Source of the DNA: Nitrospirota bacterium
GTDB lineage: Bacteria; Nitrospirota; UBA9217
Length of the DNA: 64,000 bases
Direction: 5' to 3'
NCBI GenBank assembly: GCA_963840455.1
Contig: CAWIYV010000014.1
Span: 160,001 to 224,000, forward strand
The position numbers were made by a program, and so were the translations under genes. Numbering within the stretch: position 1 is the first letter of the stretch; the number at the start of each line of letters is the position of its first letter. Below the pieces are notes generated by a model. That model was given only the letters and a program-made list of their open reading frames with translations, was not told the DNA's origin and made no database searches. Positions 11,391 to 22,844 of the stretch are shown in pieces.

Positions 11391-12845
11391 TCACGATAGG
11401 ATCCTCTCGATGAGCCGGAGCAGGAACTGCGGAGCTGTACCGACGCCGACGAGCAGTACCGCCTGCAAGGCCACGACGACGACGCCGAATACCGGCAGGC
11501 GGCGATCAACGGGCCATTGCACTCCGTCCGGCGCATCATCGGGACCGCTGTACATGGTCATAATGACGCGCAGATAATAGTAGGCGCTGACACCGGTGTT
11601 GATCACGAGCGCCAGGACCAGTACGAGATGCTTCGATGCCATGCCTGCGGCCACGAGGGAAAACTTGGCGATGAATCCCGCGAAGAGCGGAATGCCGAGC
11701 AGCGAGAGGATCGCCGCGGACAGGACCAGGGCGATCCCGGGTCTGCGCCAGGCGAGTCCCGTGTAGCCGTCCAGGTCATCGGCATCAGCATCAGCTCCCG
11801 ACAGGAGCGTCACGACCCCGAATGAGGCGAGGTTCGTTACGACGGTGAAGAAGAGGTAGATGAGGACCGCCGTCTGCGCCAGGAGGCCGCCCGACAAGAA
11901 CGCCACAAGCAGGTAGCCGTTATGGGCTATGGTCGAATAGGCGAGCATGCGTTTGACGCTCTGCTGCCGGAGGGCAAGAAGATTTCCGAGGGTCATCGAT
12001 GCGATGGAAATAGCGGAGAACAGGATGAACAGAAAACGGTCGTTCTCGATAAGGGAGGGCGGAAAGAGCCGCAGGAGCACGGTGATGACCGCCGCCTTCG
12101 ACACCGTGGAAGCAAATATCGTCACGGGTGCCGGAGCGCCTTCATAGACGTCCGGGGCCCACACATGAAAGGGGACCAGGGCGAGCTTGAAGCCCAGCCC
12201 CGCGATAAGGAGTGCCACGCCGAGATGATGGACCGGCGTCTGTGCACTCAGAAGCCGGAAGGAGGTGATGGCAGGGCCGAACAGCAGGCTTCCGGATCCG
12301 GCATACAGGAGCGCAATACCAAAAAGCAGGAATGCCGAGGAGACGCCGGAGAGGACCAGATATTTGAAGCCCGCTTCGATCCCGCGCGGACGATGGCGGT
12401 TATAAGCTGCCATGGCGACCAGGGGGATGCCGATGAGCTCGACCCCGAGAACGAGGGAGGCAAAGTGTGAGCTGGCGATGAGCACGAGGCCTCCCAGGGT
12501 CGCCAGCATCAGGAGTATGGTGAACTCACCTGCGGGCAACGCCTGCCTCTTGAAGTAGGGGTGAGCAAGGATGATGACGCACAACGCGGCGAACAGGACC
12601 AGACCGGTCGAGAACGCGGCAACGCCGTCAAGAAAAAGCAGGTCCGTACAGGGAGCCGGCAGACGGGGCATGACGGCGCCGAGGGAGAGCAATGAGCAGA
12701 TCAGGGTGAGGCCCGCGAGGAAAAGAACGGCCGCCTGGCGGCGAAATACCGCGGCGGAGATCAAGACGATGACCGTGCCCGCGGCAAGGATGACATGCGG
12801 GAGAATGGTCAGGAGATCAAAGCGCGTCACAGGCATCCCGGTCAT
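11391..12845 (-). CDS. nuoN: NADH-quinone oxidoreductase subunit N
   Basis: Highly hydrophobic; [38 protein letters not shown]; alternative GTG start at 12830. Confidence 0.95.
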   Translation of the reverse strand: MTGMPVTRFDLLTILPHVILAAGTVIVLISAAVFRRQAAVLFLAGLTLICSLLSLGAVMPRLPAPCTDLLFLDGVAAFSTGLVLFAALCVIILAHPYFKRQALPAGEFTILLMLATLGGLVLIASSHFASLVLGVELIGIPLVAMAAYNRHRPRGIEAGFKYLVLSGVSSAFLLFGIALLYAGSGSLLFGPAITSFRLLSAQTPVHHLGVALLIAGLGFKLALVPFHVWAPDVYEGAPAPVTIFASTVSKAAVITVLLRLFPPSLIENDRFLFILFSAISIASMTLGNLLALRQQSVKRMLAYSTIAHNGYLLVAFLSGGLLAQTAVLIYLFFTVVTNLASFGVVTLLSGADADADDLDGYTGLAWRRPGIALVLSAAILSLLGIPLFAGFIAKFSLVAAGMASKHLVLVLALVINTGVSAYYYLRVIMTMYSGPDDAPDGVQWPVDRRLPVFGVVVVALQAVLLVGVGTAPQFLLRLIERILS

Positions 12846-13153
12846 CCTTTCATGGCCGATGCCTCGCGGGCATCAAGCGACCTGAAACGGTGATAGAAGT
12901 TGAGGACGAGGGCCAGCCCCACGGCGACCTCGGCGGCTGCAAGGGTCAGGATGAAGATGAACATCACCTGGCCGTCCGCCTGGCCCCAGTGGGCGCCCGC
13001 GACGATGAATGCCAGGCCCGCGGCATTCAGCATGATCTCCAGGGACATGAGCATGAAGACGATGTTCCTGCGGACCAGAACGCCGGCGAGGCCGAGCGAG
13101 AACAGGATGGCCGCAAGGATCAGGCCGTGTTCCAGGGGGATTGTTGCGATCAT
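12842..13153 (-). CDS. nuoK: NADH-quinone oxidoreductase subunit K
   Basis: [27 protein letters not shown]; ATGA overlap with nuoN. Confidence 0.95.
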   Translation of the reverse strand: MIATIPLEHGLILAAILFSLGLAGVLVRRNIVFMLMSLEIMLNAAGLAFIVAGAHWGQADGQVMFIFILTLAAAEVAVGLALVLNFYHRFRSLDAREASAMKG

Positions 13154-13172
13154 AGGCAAACATCCTTTCTTG

Positions 13173-13250
13173 GACACTGAAGACTCTGAGAGAAGCTATG
13201 AAGAACCCATGAAAAGGCCATTTCCTCTTATGGTCAGTGTCCTCAGTGTC
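13173..13250. repeat. Palindromic element at nuoJ/nuoK junction
   Basis: gacactgaagactctga ... tcagtgtcctcagtgtc inverted arms with 9-bp period. Confidence 0.8.
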
Positions 13251-13747
13251 TAATTGTTCTGTTCCCGTCGTCCGAGATGATACGCACCCACGAGTCCTGC
13301 CAGCAGGAGCATGGATGCCAGTTCCACGCCGAGCGCGTAGGGGCCGAAGAGCGCAATGCCGACCTGCTTCGGAGGAATCGGCGCGCCGCTCAGGACCTGG
13401 GCGCCGTCATGCAGGAAGAAGTAAGCGAGCTCGAGCGCCAGGATGCCGCAGAGGATCGAAGGTCCCCGCCAGATGCCGGGCCTCAACCACTGCGCTTCCT
13501 GCCGCGCCGTTGCGCTGCCCAGGTTCAACATCATGATCACAAAGATGAACAGGACCATGATGGCGCCTGCATAGATGATGATCTCGAGCGCCGCTGCAAA
13601 AGGTGCGCCGAGGGTAAAAAAGAGGAGCGCCACGGACAGGAGCGATACGATGAGATACAGCAGCGCATGCACCGCGTTCGTCCGGGTGATGACCATGACG
13701 GTCGCGATGACCGCCACGAAGGCTGATATATAAAACAGAACATTCAT
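13250..13747 (-). CDS. nuoJ: NADH-quinone oxidoreductase subunit J
   Basis: NAVHALLYL, IIIYAGAIMVLFIFVIMML, ELASMLLL. Confidence 0.95.
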   Translation of the reverse strand: MNVLFYISAFVAVIATVMVITRTNAVHALLYLIVSLLSVALLFFTLGAPFAAALEIIIYAGAIMVLFIFVIMMLNLGSATARQEAQWLRPGIWRGPSILCGILALELAYFFLHDGAQVLSGAPIPPKQVGIALFGPYALGVELASMLLLAGLVGAYHLGRREQNN

Positions 13748-13758
13748 AAAATATCCTT

Positions 13759-13922
13759 CGCCACTGGCGCAGAGACACAGAGAGAGCCAAAATAGTTTAC
13801 CGCAGAGGAACAGAGGAAAGTCTGAAAAGAGGAAGGCGAGAACGTGGGAAGAGAGGCGAACTATCTTGCTTCCCTTCTTAATTTCTCAGCGCTTTTCTCT
13901 GCGCCTCTGAGCCTCTGTGGCG
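13759..13922. repeat. Palindromic element at nuoI/nuoJ junction (compound)
   Basis: cgccac...cagagacacagaga ... tctctgcgcctctgagcctctgtggcg, plus internal accgcagaggaacagag arm. Confidence 0.75.
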
Positions 13923-13926
13923 GATT

Positions 13927-14442
13927 CTACGGCAGCAGGCTTTTCACGTCCACCGGTGGTTCCTCGTTCAATCCTTCTCCCTTGTCCTTACCCCCGATGG
14001 CCAGGCCGGCGACCTTATAGAAGTCATACCCGGGATATTTCCCCGGGCCGCTGATCAGCAGGTCCTCTTTTTCATACACCAGGTTCTGCCGGACATACTC
14101 GCCCATCTCGAAGTCCGTCGTCAGCTGGATGGCATAGGTCGGGCATGCCTCCTCGCAGTATCCGCAGAAGATGCAGCGCGAGAAATTGATGCGGAAAAAG
14201 GACGGGTAACGCCTTCCCTGTTCGTCCTCCGCGGCCTGGAGCGAGATGCAGCTCACCGGACAGGCAACGGCGCAGAGGTTGCAGGCCACGCAGCGCTCCT
14301 TCCCTTCGGGGTCCCGGGAAAGGATGATCCTGCCGCGCCAGCGGGGCGGGATAGCAGGCCGGTCCTCGGGATACTGGAGCGTCGCCCGCTTCCGGAAGGT
14401 GGTCCTCAGGACCGTCCATATGGATCTGAGAAGACTGAACAT
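13927..14442 (-). CDS. nuoI: NADH-quinone oxidoreductase subunit I
   Basis: Two CxxCxxCxxxCP motifs; TLQYPE. Confidence 0.97.
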   Translation of the reverse strand: MFSLLRSIWTVLRTTFRKRATLQYPEDRPAIPPRWRGRIILSRDPEGKERCVACNLCAVACPVSCISLQAAEDEQGRRYPSFFRINFSRCIFCGYCEEACPTYAIQLTTDFEMGEYVRQNLVYEKEDLLISGPGKYPGYDFYKVAGLAIGGKDKGEGLNEEPPVDVKSLLP

Positions 14443-14451
14443 GAGTTTTTA

Positions 14452-14534
14452 TGACACGGAGGACACTGAAAAGACGTATGAAGTTCTGTATTACATCATA
14501 GTTTTTTCATAGAACAACAGTGTCCTCAGTGTCA
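14452..14534. repeat. Palindromic element at nuoH/nuoI junction
   Basis: tgacacggaggacactg ... cagtgtcctcagtgtca. Confidence 0.8.
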
Positions 14535-14546
14535 AAATAGTATCTC

Positions 14547-15500
14547 TTAGCCTTTCATGAGTATCCAGGCTCCGGTCGCAACAAGGTTCGCCAGCGACAG
14601 CGGCAGCATCACTTTCCATCCAAAGGCCATGAGCTGGTCGTACCGGGGGCGGGGAAGCGACGCCCGGATCAATATGAAGAAACAGATGAAGACGAAGGTC
14701 TTGAGCAGGAACCAGACGATCGGCGGCAGGAGCGGCCCATGCCATCCGCCGAAGAACAGCACGACGGTCATGGCGGACATGAGCGTGATGCCCAGGTATT
14801 CGCCGGCGAAGAACAGGCCGAACTTCAGGCCTGAGTACTCTGCATGATACCCTGCGACAAGTTCGCTCTCGGCCTCGGGAAGGTCGAAGGGAAGGCGGCG
14901 GGTCTCAGCGATGCCGGCAATGAAGAAGACCGCGAAGCCAAAGAATTGAGGTACGATGAACCATTGGCGGCGCTGGGCCTCGACGATGGCGACCAGGTCG
15001 AAGGAACCCGCTATCATGACCACGCCCATGAGCGAAAGGCCCATGAACACCTCGTAACTCAGCATCTGTGCCGCCGCCCGCAGGCCGCCCAGCAGCGAGT
15101 ACTTGCTGTTCGAGGCCCAGCCGGCCAGGGCGACGCTGTACACGCTGAGCGATGACATGGCAAGAAAGAACAGGATGCCGATGTTCAGGTCCACGACCTC
15201 GATGCCGGGGGCGAAGGGGATGACGGCAAAGGACATGACCACGGCGACCATGATGATGGCAGGCGCCAGGACGAACACCGCCTTGTCGGCGAACGGCGGT
15301 ATCCAATCCTCCTTTGCGAGCACCTTGATCATATCGGCGGCCACCTGCAGGAGGCCGAACGGCCCGACCCGGTTCGGCCCGTAGCGGTACTGCCAAAGAG
15401 CGAGGAGCCGTCGTTCGAGCCAGATCAGCAGACCACCGACGGTCAGGACCGAGATGAGGACGCTGAAAAGGATGATGAGGTGAAGGATGGTATCGCGCAT
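14547..15500 (-). CDS. nuoH: NADH-quinone oxidoreductase subunit H
   Basis: [44 protein letters not shown]. Confidence 0.97.
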   Translation of the reverse strand: MRDTILHLIILFSVLISVLTVGGLLIWLERRLLALWQYRYGPNRVGPFGLLQVAADMIKVLAKEDWIPPFADKAVFVLAPAIIMVAVVMSFAVIPFAPGIEVVDLNIGILFFLAMSSLSVYSVALAGWASNSKYSLLGGLRAAAQMLSYEVFMGLSLMGVVMIAGSFDLVAIVEAQRRQWFIVPQFFGFAVFFIAGIAETRRLPFDLPEAESELVAGYHAEYSGLKFGLFFAGEYLGITLMSAMTVVLFFGGWHGPLLPPIVWFLLKTFVFICFFILIRASLPRPRYDQLMAFGWKVMLPLSLANLVATGAWILMKG

Positions 15501-15533
15501 AATTGTTACGGAGCGTACCGTATTGTTTCCATC

Positions 15534-15630
15534 CTTTGCCGCCGAGAAACACAGAGGACACTAGAGAAAGGCCGGTATCCTTGGTGGTCCTGAATTCTTC
15601 CCGGTGAACTCGGAGACCTCGGTGGCAAAG
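15534..15630. repeat. Palindromic element at nuoG/nuoH junction
   Basis: ctttgccgccgag ... ctcggtggcaaag. Confidence 0.75.
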
Positions 15631-15648
15631 TATTTAAGGCTCTTGTTC

Positions 15649-18388
15649 CTATGACCGTTTGACGATGCTTCCGAACGCCGGACCGTTCATGCCCCCGAGG
15701 GGGAGGACACCGGCCGGGTAGCCCGCCATGCCCGGCCGCAGGTCGGGCAGGATGGCCACGCGGCATTGGAGCCGTGTGCCGCCGGATAACAGCTCGACAA
15801 GGTCACCGGAAGATGCATTGAGCAGTTCCGCATCGCGCGGTCCCAGGGCAAGATAAGGTCCTGCTGCAAGTGCTGCGATGCCTGCAGCCTGTGCGCTCAG
15901 TTCCTCGGAGCCGAAGAGGTGATGCAGCGGGAACAGGAGCCATGTGCCCGGTCCTGTTGTAAAGGGCCCGGGAACGCCGTTGAAATAAGTCCCTGGCCCG
16001 GAGCTCCCCGGTCCCGGGAACAGCCTGCCCGCTTCTTCGCCTTCGGGCCGTACCGCCTCAGCGAATGCCGGCCCGTTCAACGCCTGGACCGAGTTCCATC
16101 CTGGCGACCAATACCGTGAGATGAGCGGCAAAGGCGGCCGGCCCTCGTAGCCTTCCATCGAGAAGGCCAGGGGAGAATCCGGGTCCTCCGGTGGTTTTTG
16201 TTCATGCACGTTCAAATTCGCAAGCATGGCAGTGCGCCCGCTGTACCGGTGCGGCTGTCGGGGGACCTTTGATCCCCTGATCCTGAATTCCGCCGGGGGC
16301 GCGATGTCCGCGGCAGGAGCAAGGACCGGCAAAGCCGATGCCATATGCTTCATGAGCGCGTCATAGGAGGGCGAACCTCCTACCGCCGTTCTCCCGGCCG
16401 CCTCCATTATATCATTGATCCATTTCCCGCTTGCCTGAATATCGCCCTGAGGGACGTATACCTGATAGGACCGCTGCGCCCGGCCTTCATTGTTCACCAG
16501 CGTCCCGTGCGATTCAGCGAAAGTGCCTGCGGGAAGTACGATGTCCGAGCGTGCTGTTGTTGCGTTGACAAGATGGTCGAGAACAATAATGTGCTTTGCC
16601 TTGCCAAGGAACGCGTCGATGGTCGCCCCGTCGCCCCTGCGGTAGAGATCGTTCTCAAGAATGATGACCGTATCGGCAAGGCCGTCCTGCATGACGGTGA
16701 AGGCTTCGCCAAGATTCCTGCCTCCCATGATGCCGGTACCCATGCTGTTGCATTCAGGGACCGTATAGCAGAGCGATGCGGCACTGCTGCTCCTGGAGAG
16801 GGCCACTGCCACGTTGGCCGCGGACATTACAATGGCATCGTTCTAGCAGACTTGTGCCGGAGACGATGAGCGGCCGCTTGGCGTCCTTGAGAGCCCGGGC
16901 GATCTGTCCGGCAAGCGCTGTGGCCTCAGGGTCCAGGTCAGCGACCTCAGGCTCAGCGGGGTCCAGTTCATGGGCAATGGCAAAGCCCAGCCGCGCGATA
17001 TCGTCGGGGGCGGCCTTATAAGACCTTGTCGAGATGTCGTCCAGTTTCGTATCGGTGACCGTGGCGATATACAGCGGGCTCTTCGCGCCCTGCCCGGCGT
17101 TCCGTACGCCTGCATCCTGCCATTTGGGGATCCTGAGCTTCGCTGCTGCATCAAGCTCTTTCTGGCGCACGGACTGGCGGAGCGAGAGGGCAAGGAGGGG
17201 GGCCGTGTTCGTCACATCCTCTCCCAGGACCAGCACCGCATCGGCGTTCCGGACATCGTGCAGGGAAGACGGCCGGGCAGGGCCTCTCCCGAGGACATCA
17301 ATGATCCGGGAGACGAGCGCATGGTCCTTATCTGACATGCCGGAGTAGAAGTTCTCCGGTCCGACAAGCGTGCGCAGAGCAAAGTTGGATTCCAGCGATG
17401 CGCGGGGCGAGCCTATGCCGATGATGCCCTTGCTGGTGGATAGGATTTCGGCGATGCGCTCGAGAGCGGATCCTTTTTCAACAGGCTGGAGGTCCCCCTC
17501 ACCCTGACCTCTCCCCGACAGGGAGAGGGGTAATATGGCAAGAGGTTTCCTGATGCGTTTATCGCTGTTCACGAACTCGTATCCAAACCGGCCACGGTCG
17601 CACAGGAAATAGCCGTTCACCTCGTAATGGAAGCGGTTCGCGATCCTGCGCAGGGAACGGTCGCGCTCGCCGGCGATGGTGTTGCATCCCAGACCGCAGT
17701 GAACACAGATGGACGGCGCGGTCTGGAGGTCCCATTTGCGGGTGAAGTGCTGCTTCAGGGTCTTGTCGGTGAACACGCCCGTGGGGCAGACCTCGACCAG
17801 GTTGCCGCTGAACCCGCTTTCGAGCACGCCGTCTTCTTGCCTGCCGAAATACACGTGGTCGTGGGCGCCGAATACATTCAGGTCCCGCCCCCCCGCGTAC
17901 TCCCGGTAGAACCGAACGCACCGATAGCACTGGATGCACCGGTTCATCTCGTGGTTGATGAATGGGCCCAGGTACTGGTTCCGGTGCGTGCGTTTCCTGA
18001 ATCGCGTGCGGCGGTACGCATGGCCTGTCATGACCGTCATGTCCTGGAGGTGACATTCGCCGCCTTCGTCGCATACCGGGCAGTCGTGCGGGTGGTTCAG
18101 CATGAGCCACTCGATCACTCCCTTCCGGAACGCCCTGGCATCCGGGTCGTCCACGGAGATGCGCATACCCTCGGTTACCGGGGTCATGCAGGACATGATG
18201 ATCTTCCCGCGCCGGTCGTGTTCGTCCTTGAACTGCTTGACCGCGCACTGGCGGCAGGCGCCAACGGCATGCAGGGCGGGGTGCCAGCAGAAGTAGGGAA
18301 GGTCGAACCCCAGCGAGAGGCACGCCTGGAGAAGGTTCTGGTCAGGCCTGACCTGGCGGGGCTGGTTGTCGATGAAGATCGTGATCAT
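15649..18388 (-). CDS. nuoG: NADH-quinone oxidoreductase subunit G, split by a single-base frameshift near 16845
   Basis: [44 protein letters not shown] in ORF 16754-18421; C-terminal half in ORF 15649-16827; removing one base in ctgctagaac joins the frames. Confidence 0.9.
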
Positions 18389-18410
18389 AGGGATAAGAAA
18401 AACAAAGATG

Positions 18411-18886
18411 ACCTTTGACACAGATTTACACTGATTAAAATCCTGATAACGGCGGATACTTCTTTTCTTGATTAATAGACACGGCGAACGATCTTGAGTT
18501 TCTCTCCGAAATTGACCAAGAGGCCGACTTTGATACCGGTAGCCTTGAGATAATTCACCAATTGTGCTTCATGGGCTTTTGACAGAGTGGATATGGCTTT
18601 CAACTCAACGATGACCTTGTCCTCGACAAGAAGGTCAGGAAAATATTCTCCAACAAGCTGCTTTTCAAAGAAGACATTAACCGGGACTTGTTGAACTGCT
18701 GTCAGACTCTTTTGGGCTATCTTGATCATCATCGCATTTTCGTACACTTTCTCGGAAAAGCCAAAGCCGAGCTGATTATAGACATCGTATGCACATGCGA
18801 TGATTTTATCCGTCAGTTCAGCGTGTAGATAATTCTTATCCGCAGTTATCATAGTGATATCCGCCTCTTCTGTGTCTAAGGTTATC
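18411..18886. mobile_element. Inverted-repeat-bounded element carrying the GxxExxY gene
   Basis: Left arm acctttgacacaga...cctgataacggcggata (18411-18458), right arm tatccgcagttatc...tctgtgtctaaggttatc (18837-18886); same arms occur empty at 20172-20293. Confidence 0.7.
18472..18852 (-). CDS. GxxExxY protein (PD-(D/E)xK nuclease-like)
   Basis: [46 protein letters not shown]; lower GC than flanking nuo genes. Confidence 0.93.
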   Translation of the reverse strand: MITADKNYLHAELTDKIIACAYDVYNQLGFGFSEKVYENAMMIKIAQKSLTAVQQVPVNVFFEKQLVGEYFPDLLVEDKVIVELKAISTLSKAHEAQLVNYLKATGIKVGLLVNFGEKLKIVRRVY

Positions 18887-20153
18887 TCCACGGGCACTTC
18901 TTCTCCCGTATGTGCCGTTCGAAATCCTCCCGGAAGTACTTCAACGCGCTCTGGAGCGGCTCCACGGCGCCGGGGGCCAGGGCGCAGAAGGTATTGCCCG
19001 GGCCCAGGAGCCTGCACTGCTGCTCCAGGACCTCGATGTCTGACTGTTCACCCTGTCCGGTCTCGATGGCATCGAGGAGCTTAACGATCCACGGTAGCCC
19101 TTCGCGGCATGGCGTGCACCAGCCGCAGGACTCTCGGGCAAAGAAGGCTTCCAGGTTGTGAACGAACCCGACCGGGCAGGTCCGGTCATCGAGAACGGTC
19201 ATGGTGCCGGTGCCCATGCGGCTTCCGGCCTTCACGATAGAATCAAAATCCATCTGAACGTCCAGGTGGTCCGCGGTGAGAAAATCTGTCGAGGCACCGC
19301 CCGGGACCAGGCCCCGCAGGGCATAGCCGTCCTGCATGCCGCCCGCGTGGTCCTCAAGCAGCTCACGGATGGTGGTGCCCATGGGAAGCTCCCAGGCGCC
19401 CGGCCGTTTCACCCTGCCGGACACGCCGTAGATCTTGGTCCCGCCGTCGGCGGTCCTGCTGAGCGCCTTGAACCACCCGGGCCCGTTGTTCACGATGTGC
19501 GGAATGTTCGCGACCGTTTCCACATTGTTGACGACGGTGGGCCTGCCCCAGAGGCCGCAGGCCAGGGGAAAGGGCGGCTTTGCTCGGGGCGTGGCGCGTT
19601 TTCCCTCGAGCGCGTTGATCAGGGCCGTTTCCTCGCCGCAGATGTAGCGGCCCGCGCTGGTGTGGATGCGGAGCTCGAGGTTATACCCGGAGCCCAGGAT
19701 GTTGGCTCCGAGGTAGTTCTTTTCGTACGCCTCGGCGATGGCCTTGTTCAGACGCTTCTCAGCGAGCGTATATTCCCGGCGGAGGAAGATATAGGCCTTT
19801 TCCGCCTGAACGGCGTAAGAGCTCGTGATGATCCCTTCGATCATCTGGTGCGGATCACCCTCCAGCAGAAATCGGTCCTTGAAGGTCCCGGGTTCCATCT
19901 CGTCGGCGTTCACGATAAAGTAGCGGGGCTGCGGAACATTGCCGACCGGAAGCGCCAGGCCCCACTTCATGCCCGTGGGAAAGCCTGCGCCGCCGCGGCC
20001 GCGAAGGTCCGAGGCCTTGACCATCGTGATGATGTCCTTGGGAGCCATGGCGAGCGCCTTGCGGCCGGACCGGTAGCCGCCGGCCTTCTCGTATTCCGCG
20101 AGCGAGAGGGGCTCCTGACCGGGGCGTATGTTCTGAGTTAAAGGGCGTTCCAT
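18882..20153 (-). CDS. nuoF: NADH-quinone oxidoreductase subunit F
   Basis: LRGRGGAGFPTGMKW, NADEMEPGTFKD, YICGEETAL, ESCGWCTPCREG. Confidence 0.98.
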   Translation of the reverse strand: MERPLTQNIRPGQEPLSLAEYEKAGGYRSGRKALAMAPKDIITMVKASDLRGRGGAGFPTGMKWGLALPVGNVPQPRYFIVNADEMEPGTFKDRFLLEGDPHQMIEGIITSSYAVQAEKAYIFLRREYTLAEKRLNKAIAEAYEKNYLGANILGSGYNLELRIHTSAGRYICGEETALINALEGKRATPRAKPPFPLACGLWGRPTVVNNVETVANIPHIVNNGPGWFKALSRTADGGTKIYGVSGRVKRPGAWELPMGTTIRELLEDHAGGMQDGYALRGLVPGGASTDFLTADHLDVQMDFDSIVKAGSRMGTGTMTVLDDRTCPVGFVHNLEAFFARESCGWCTPCREGLPWIVKLLDAIETGQGEQSDIEVLEQQCRLLGPGNTFCALAPGAVEPLQSALKYFREDFERHIREKKCPWR

Positions 20154-20171
20154 GATAGAGCCTTAACGAAC

Positions 20172-20293
20172 GATAACCTTTGACACGGAAGAGGCGGATG
20201 AAAAGCCTGATAACGGCGGATTACATGAATGCTGCTGGCTAAAGATCTATCCGCTCTTATCTGTAGTTCAATCCGATTTTATCCGTGTCAAAG
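20172..20293. repeat. Empty copy of the GxxExxY-bounding element at nuoE/nuoF junction
   Basis: gataacctttgacacggaagaggcggat...cctgataacggcggat ... atccgctcttatc...atccgtgtcaaag. Confidence 0.85.
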
Positions 20294-20300
20294 AAATCGT

Positions 20301-20765
20301 TTAAATATACTTTTCCAGGATCCCGTCCAGCATCTCCGGCGTCATGGGGCCGTACAGGTCATCGTTCACCAGCATGGCCGGCGCGCGGTCACAGGCGCCG
20401 AGGCAGGCGACCGGCAGCAAGGTGAAGCGGTTGTCCGGCGTCGTGCCGCCGGGCCCGATGCCGAGCTTCTGAAGGAGCAGTTCGTATAGGGGGTTATATC
20501 CCATGGTCCAGCAGACCATGCTGTCGCAAATTTGAACGATATGCCTGCCCACGGGCCGCCGAAAGATGAAATTATAGAACGTCGCGACCGCGTCAAGCTC
20601 GGCCGGTGTCATGCCAAGCATGCCCGCGACGTCATGGATGCTTTCGTCGGATATCCAGCCGCGGTTCTTCTGCACGATCTTGAGCGCTTCGACGCTCGCG
20701 GATTCCGGGAGTTCGCAGCGCTCCAGCTCAGCGTCTATTTCATTTTTTTCTTCGTGCGTAAGCAT
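20301..20765 (-). CDS. nuoE: NADH-quinone oxidoreductase subunit E
   Basis: VATFY, CDSMVC, CLGACDRAP 2Fe-2S ligands. Confidence 0.96.
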   Translation of the reverse strand: MLTHEEKNEIDAELERCELPESASVEALKIVQKNRGWISDESIHDVAGMLGMTPAELDAVATFYNFIFRRPVGRHIVQICDSMVCWTMGYNPLYELLLQKLGIGPGGTTPDNRFTLLPVACLGACDRAPAMLVNDDLYGPMTPEMLDGILEKYI

Positions 20766-20794
20766 AAGGTCAAACCCTTTGTATCAGGTCTTAG

Positions 20795-20818
20795 ATCCGT
20801 GCAAATCCGTGTCCAAAG
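20795..20818. repeat. Solo arm at nuoCD/nuoE junction
   Basis: atccgtgcaaatccgtgtccaaag. Confidence 0.6.
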
Positions 20819-20824
20819 CTTTTA

Positions 20825-22570
20825 TCACCGGTCCAGATCAGCCAGAATAAAGTCAATGCTCCCCAGGATCGCCAGCAGGTCAGCGATCATCAAACCCTTC
20901 GCGACCTTCGGCACCATCTGGAGGTGCGGGAACGAAGGGGTGCGGATGCGGGTGCGATAGGAATGGATGTCCCCGTCGCTGACGAGATAGTATCCGTTGC
21001 TCCCCTTCGTCGCTTCGATGCCCATGAACACCTCGCCGGCCGGGACTACCGGGCCCCAGCTCACGCCGAGGAAGTGGGTGATGAGCGTCTCGATGTCCTT
21101 CATGGTCCGTTCCTTGGCTGGTGGCACCGCCAGGGGGTGGTCCGACTTGTACGGGCCTTCGGGCATGTTCTTCACGCACTGTTCGACGATGCGGAGGCTC
21201 TGGCGTATCTCTTCGATGCGGACCACGCCGCGGTCATAGCAGTCGCCGTTCTTCGCAATCGGGATGTCGAACTCGAAGTTCTCATAGCCCGAATAGGGCC
21301 GCTTCTTCCGGAAGTCCCAATCCATGCCGCAGGCGCGCAGCCCGGGGCCGGTCACGCCCCATTCAATGGCGTCCTCAAGCATATAGGCGCCCACTCCCTT
21401 GGTCCGGCCCTTGAAGATGCTGTTCCGCATCACGATCCTGTCGTACTCGGCAAGCCGCGGCGGGAGGTATTTCAAAAAGTCCTTCATCAGCCGCTCCCAT
21501 CCACGCGGGAGGTCCTGTGCCACGCCGCCGATGCGGAACCATGCCGGGTGCATCCGTCCGCCGCAGACCGCCTCTACGATGTCAAAGACGCGCTCCCGGT
21601 CGGTGAACATGTAGAACACAGGCGAGAAGGAGCCCACGTCCTGGGCGAAGGTCCCGTACCAGACCAGATGGCTCTGGATGCGGAACAGCTCGGCCATCAT
21701 CACGCGGATGACCTTGACCCGGTCCGGCACCTCGATGCCGGCGAGCTTCTCCACGGCAAGGACATAGGCGAGGTTGTTCATCACGCCGCCGAAGTAGTCG
21801 ACGCGGTCGGTGTAGGGGATGTAGGTATGCCAGGTCTGGCGCTCGGCCATCTTCTCGGCGCCCCGGTGGTGATAGCCGATGTCGAGCACGGCGTCCCTGA
21901 TCTCCTCGCCGTCGAGCTGGAGGATGATGCGCAGCAGGCCATGGGTGCCGGGGTGCTGGGGTCCGAGGTTCAGGAACATGAGGTCAGTGTCGTCACTGTG
22001 CCGTTCCATGCCCCAGTCCTCAGGCCGGAACCGGAGCGACTGCTGCTCGGTGTCCATCCGCTCCTCATGCATGCGGAAAGGGCCCATCTCCGTGGCGCGG
22101 GCGGGATGGTCCTTGCGCAGGGGGTGGCCGCTCCAGGTGGGCGGCATCAGGATGCGGCTGAGATGCGGGTGGCCGTCGAACTTCACTCCGAACATGTCCC
22201 AGACCTCGCGCTCGTACCAGTTCGCGGAAGGCCAGATATCCGTAATCGATGGCAGCGAAAGCGATGCCTCGGCAAGCGGCACCTTGACCCGGATGTCGTC
22301 GTTCCGGTCGAACGACAGGAGATGGTAGACGATGGTGAAGTCGGAGCCGGGCTGGTCCGGCCGGTTCTCGCGGACCCGTTCGTCAATGGCCGTGAGGTCG
22401 TAGAGCATCCGGTAGGGGCGTTCAACGGAGTTTTTGAGGTGCCGCAGGACGTCACGGACGCTGTCACGGGCCACCCATACCGTGGGGATGCTGTCCTTTG
22501 TTGGCTGGACCGCGAGGATGGCCTCGCCGAAGGAGGCTTTCAGATCAGCAATGATGGAGGCATGCGCCAT
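20825..22570 (-). CDS. nuoC: Fused NADH-quinone oxidoreductase subunit C/D
   Basis: [41 protein letters not shown], terminal ADLDR; probable start MAHAS. Confidence 0.96.
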   Translation of the reverse strand: MAHASIIADLKASFGEAILAVQPTKDSIPTVWVARDSVRDVLRHLKNSVERPYRMLYDLTAIDERVRENRPDQPGSDFTIVYHLLSFDRNDDIRVKVPLAEASLSLPSITDIWPSANWYEREVWDMFGVKFDGHPHLSRILMPPTWSGHPLRKDHPARATEMGPFRMHEERMDTEQQSLRFRPEDWGMERHSDDTDLMFLNLGPQHPGTHGLLRIILQLDGEEIRDAVLDIGYHHRGAEKMAERQTWHTYIPYTDRVDYFGGVMNNLAYVLAVEKLAGIEVPDRVKVIRVMMAELFRIQSHLVWYGTFAQDVGSFSPVFYMFTDRERVFDIVEAVCGGRMHPAWFRIGGVAQDLPRGWERLMKDFLKYLPPRLAEYDRIVMRNSIFKGRTKGVGAYMLEDAIEWGVTGPGLRACGMDWDFRKKRPYSGYENFEFDIPIAKNGDCYDRGVVRIEEIRQSLRIVEQCVKNMPEGPYKSDHPLAVPPAKERTMKDIETLITHFLGVSWGPVVPAGEVFMGIEATKGSNGYYLVSDGDIHSYRTRIRTPSFPHLQMVPKVAKGLMIADLLAILGSIDFILADLDR

Positions 22571-22587
22571 AAATAAGATATGATATT

Positions 22588-22839
22588 TGACACTGAGGAC
22601 GCTGAGAAAATATGAAGAGAACCTCTGACACGGAAGGACCGGATAACGATCTGGATAAAGGCGGATAGATCCAGATCGCATCATTCAGAAAGTTAGCAAA
22701 CGTCTTTTCAGACTGGTCTTTACAGTGTCCTCAGTGTCCGTAGTATTGATTCTTGCCCTATCCGCTTTTATCCGGCTCTTGTTTGCCTTGATCCGTGTCA
22801 AAGGTCCTCTTATCGGTTCTTTCAGTGTCCTCAGTGTCA
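22588..22839. repeat. Nested palindromic elements at nuoB/nuoCD junction
   Basis: Outer tgacactgaggacgctga...tcagtgtcctcagtgtca; inner acctctgacacgga...tccgtgtcaaaggt (22621-22805); extra internal cagtgtcctcagtgtc arm. Confidence 0.85.
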
Positions 22840-22844
22840 GAAGA

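Noticed and set aside
18853-19017. N-terminal extension of the GxxExxY ORF overlapping nuoF
   Set aside because: Alternative frame of nuoF plus repeat arm; family similarity begins near the ATG at 18852
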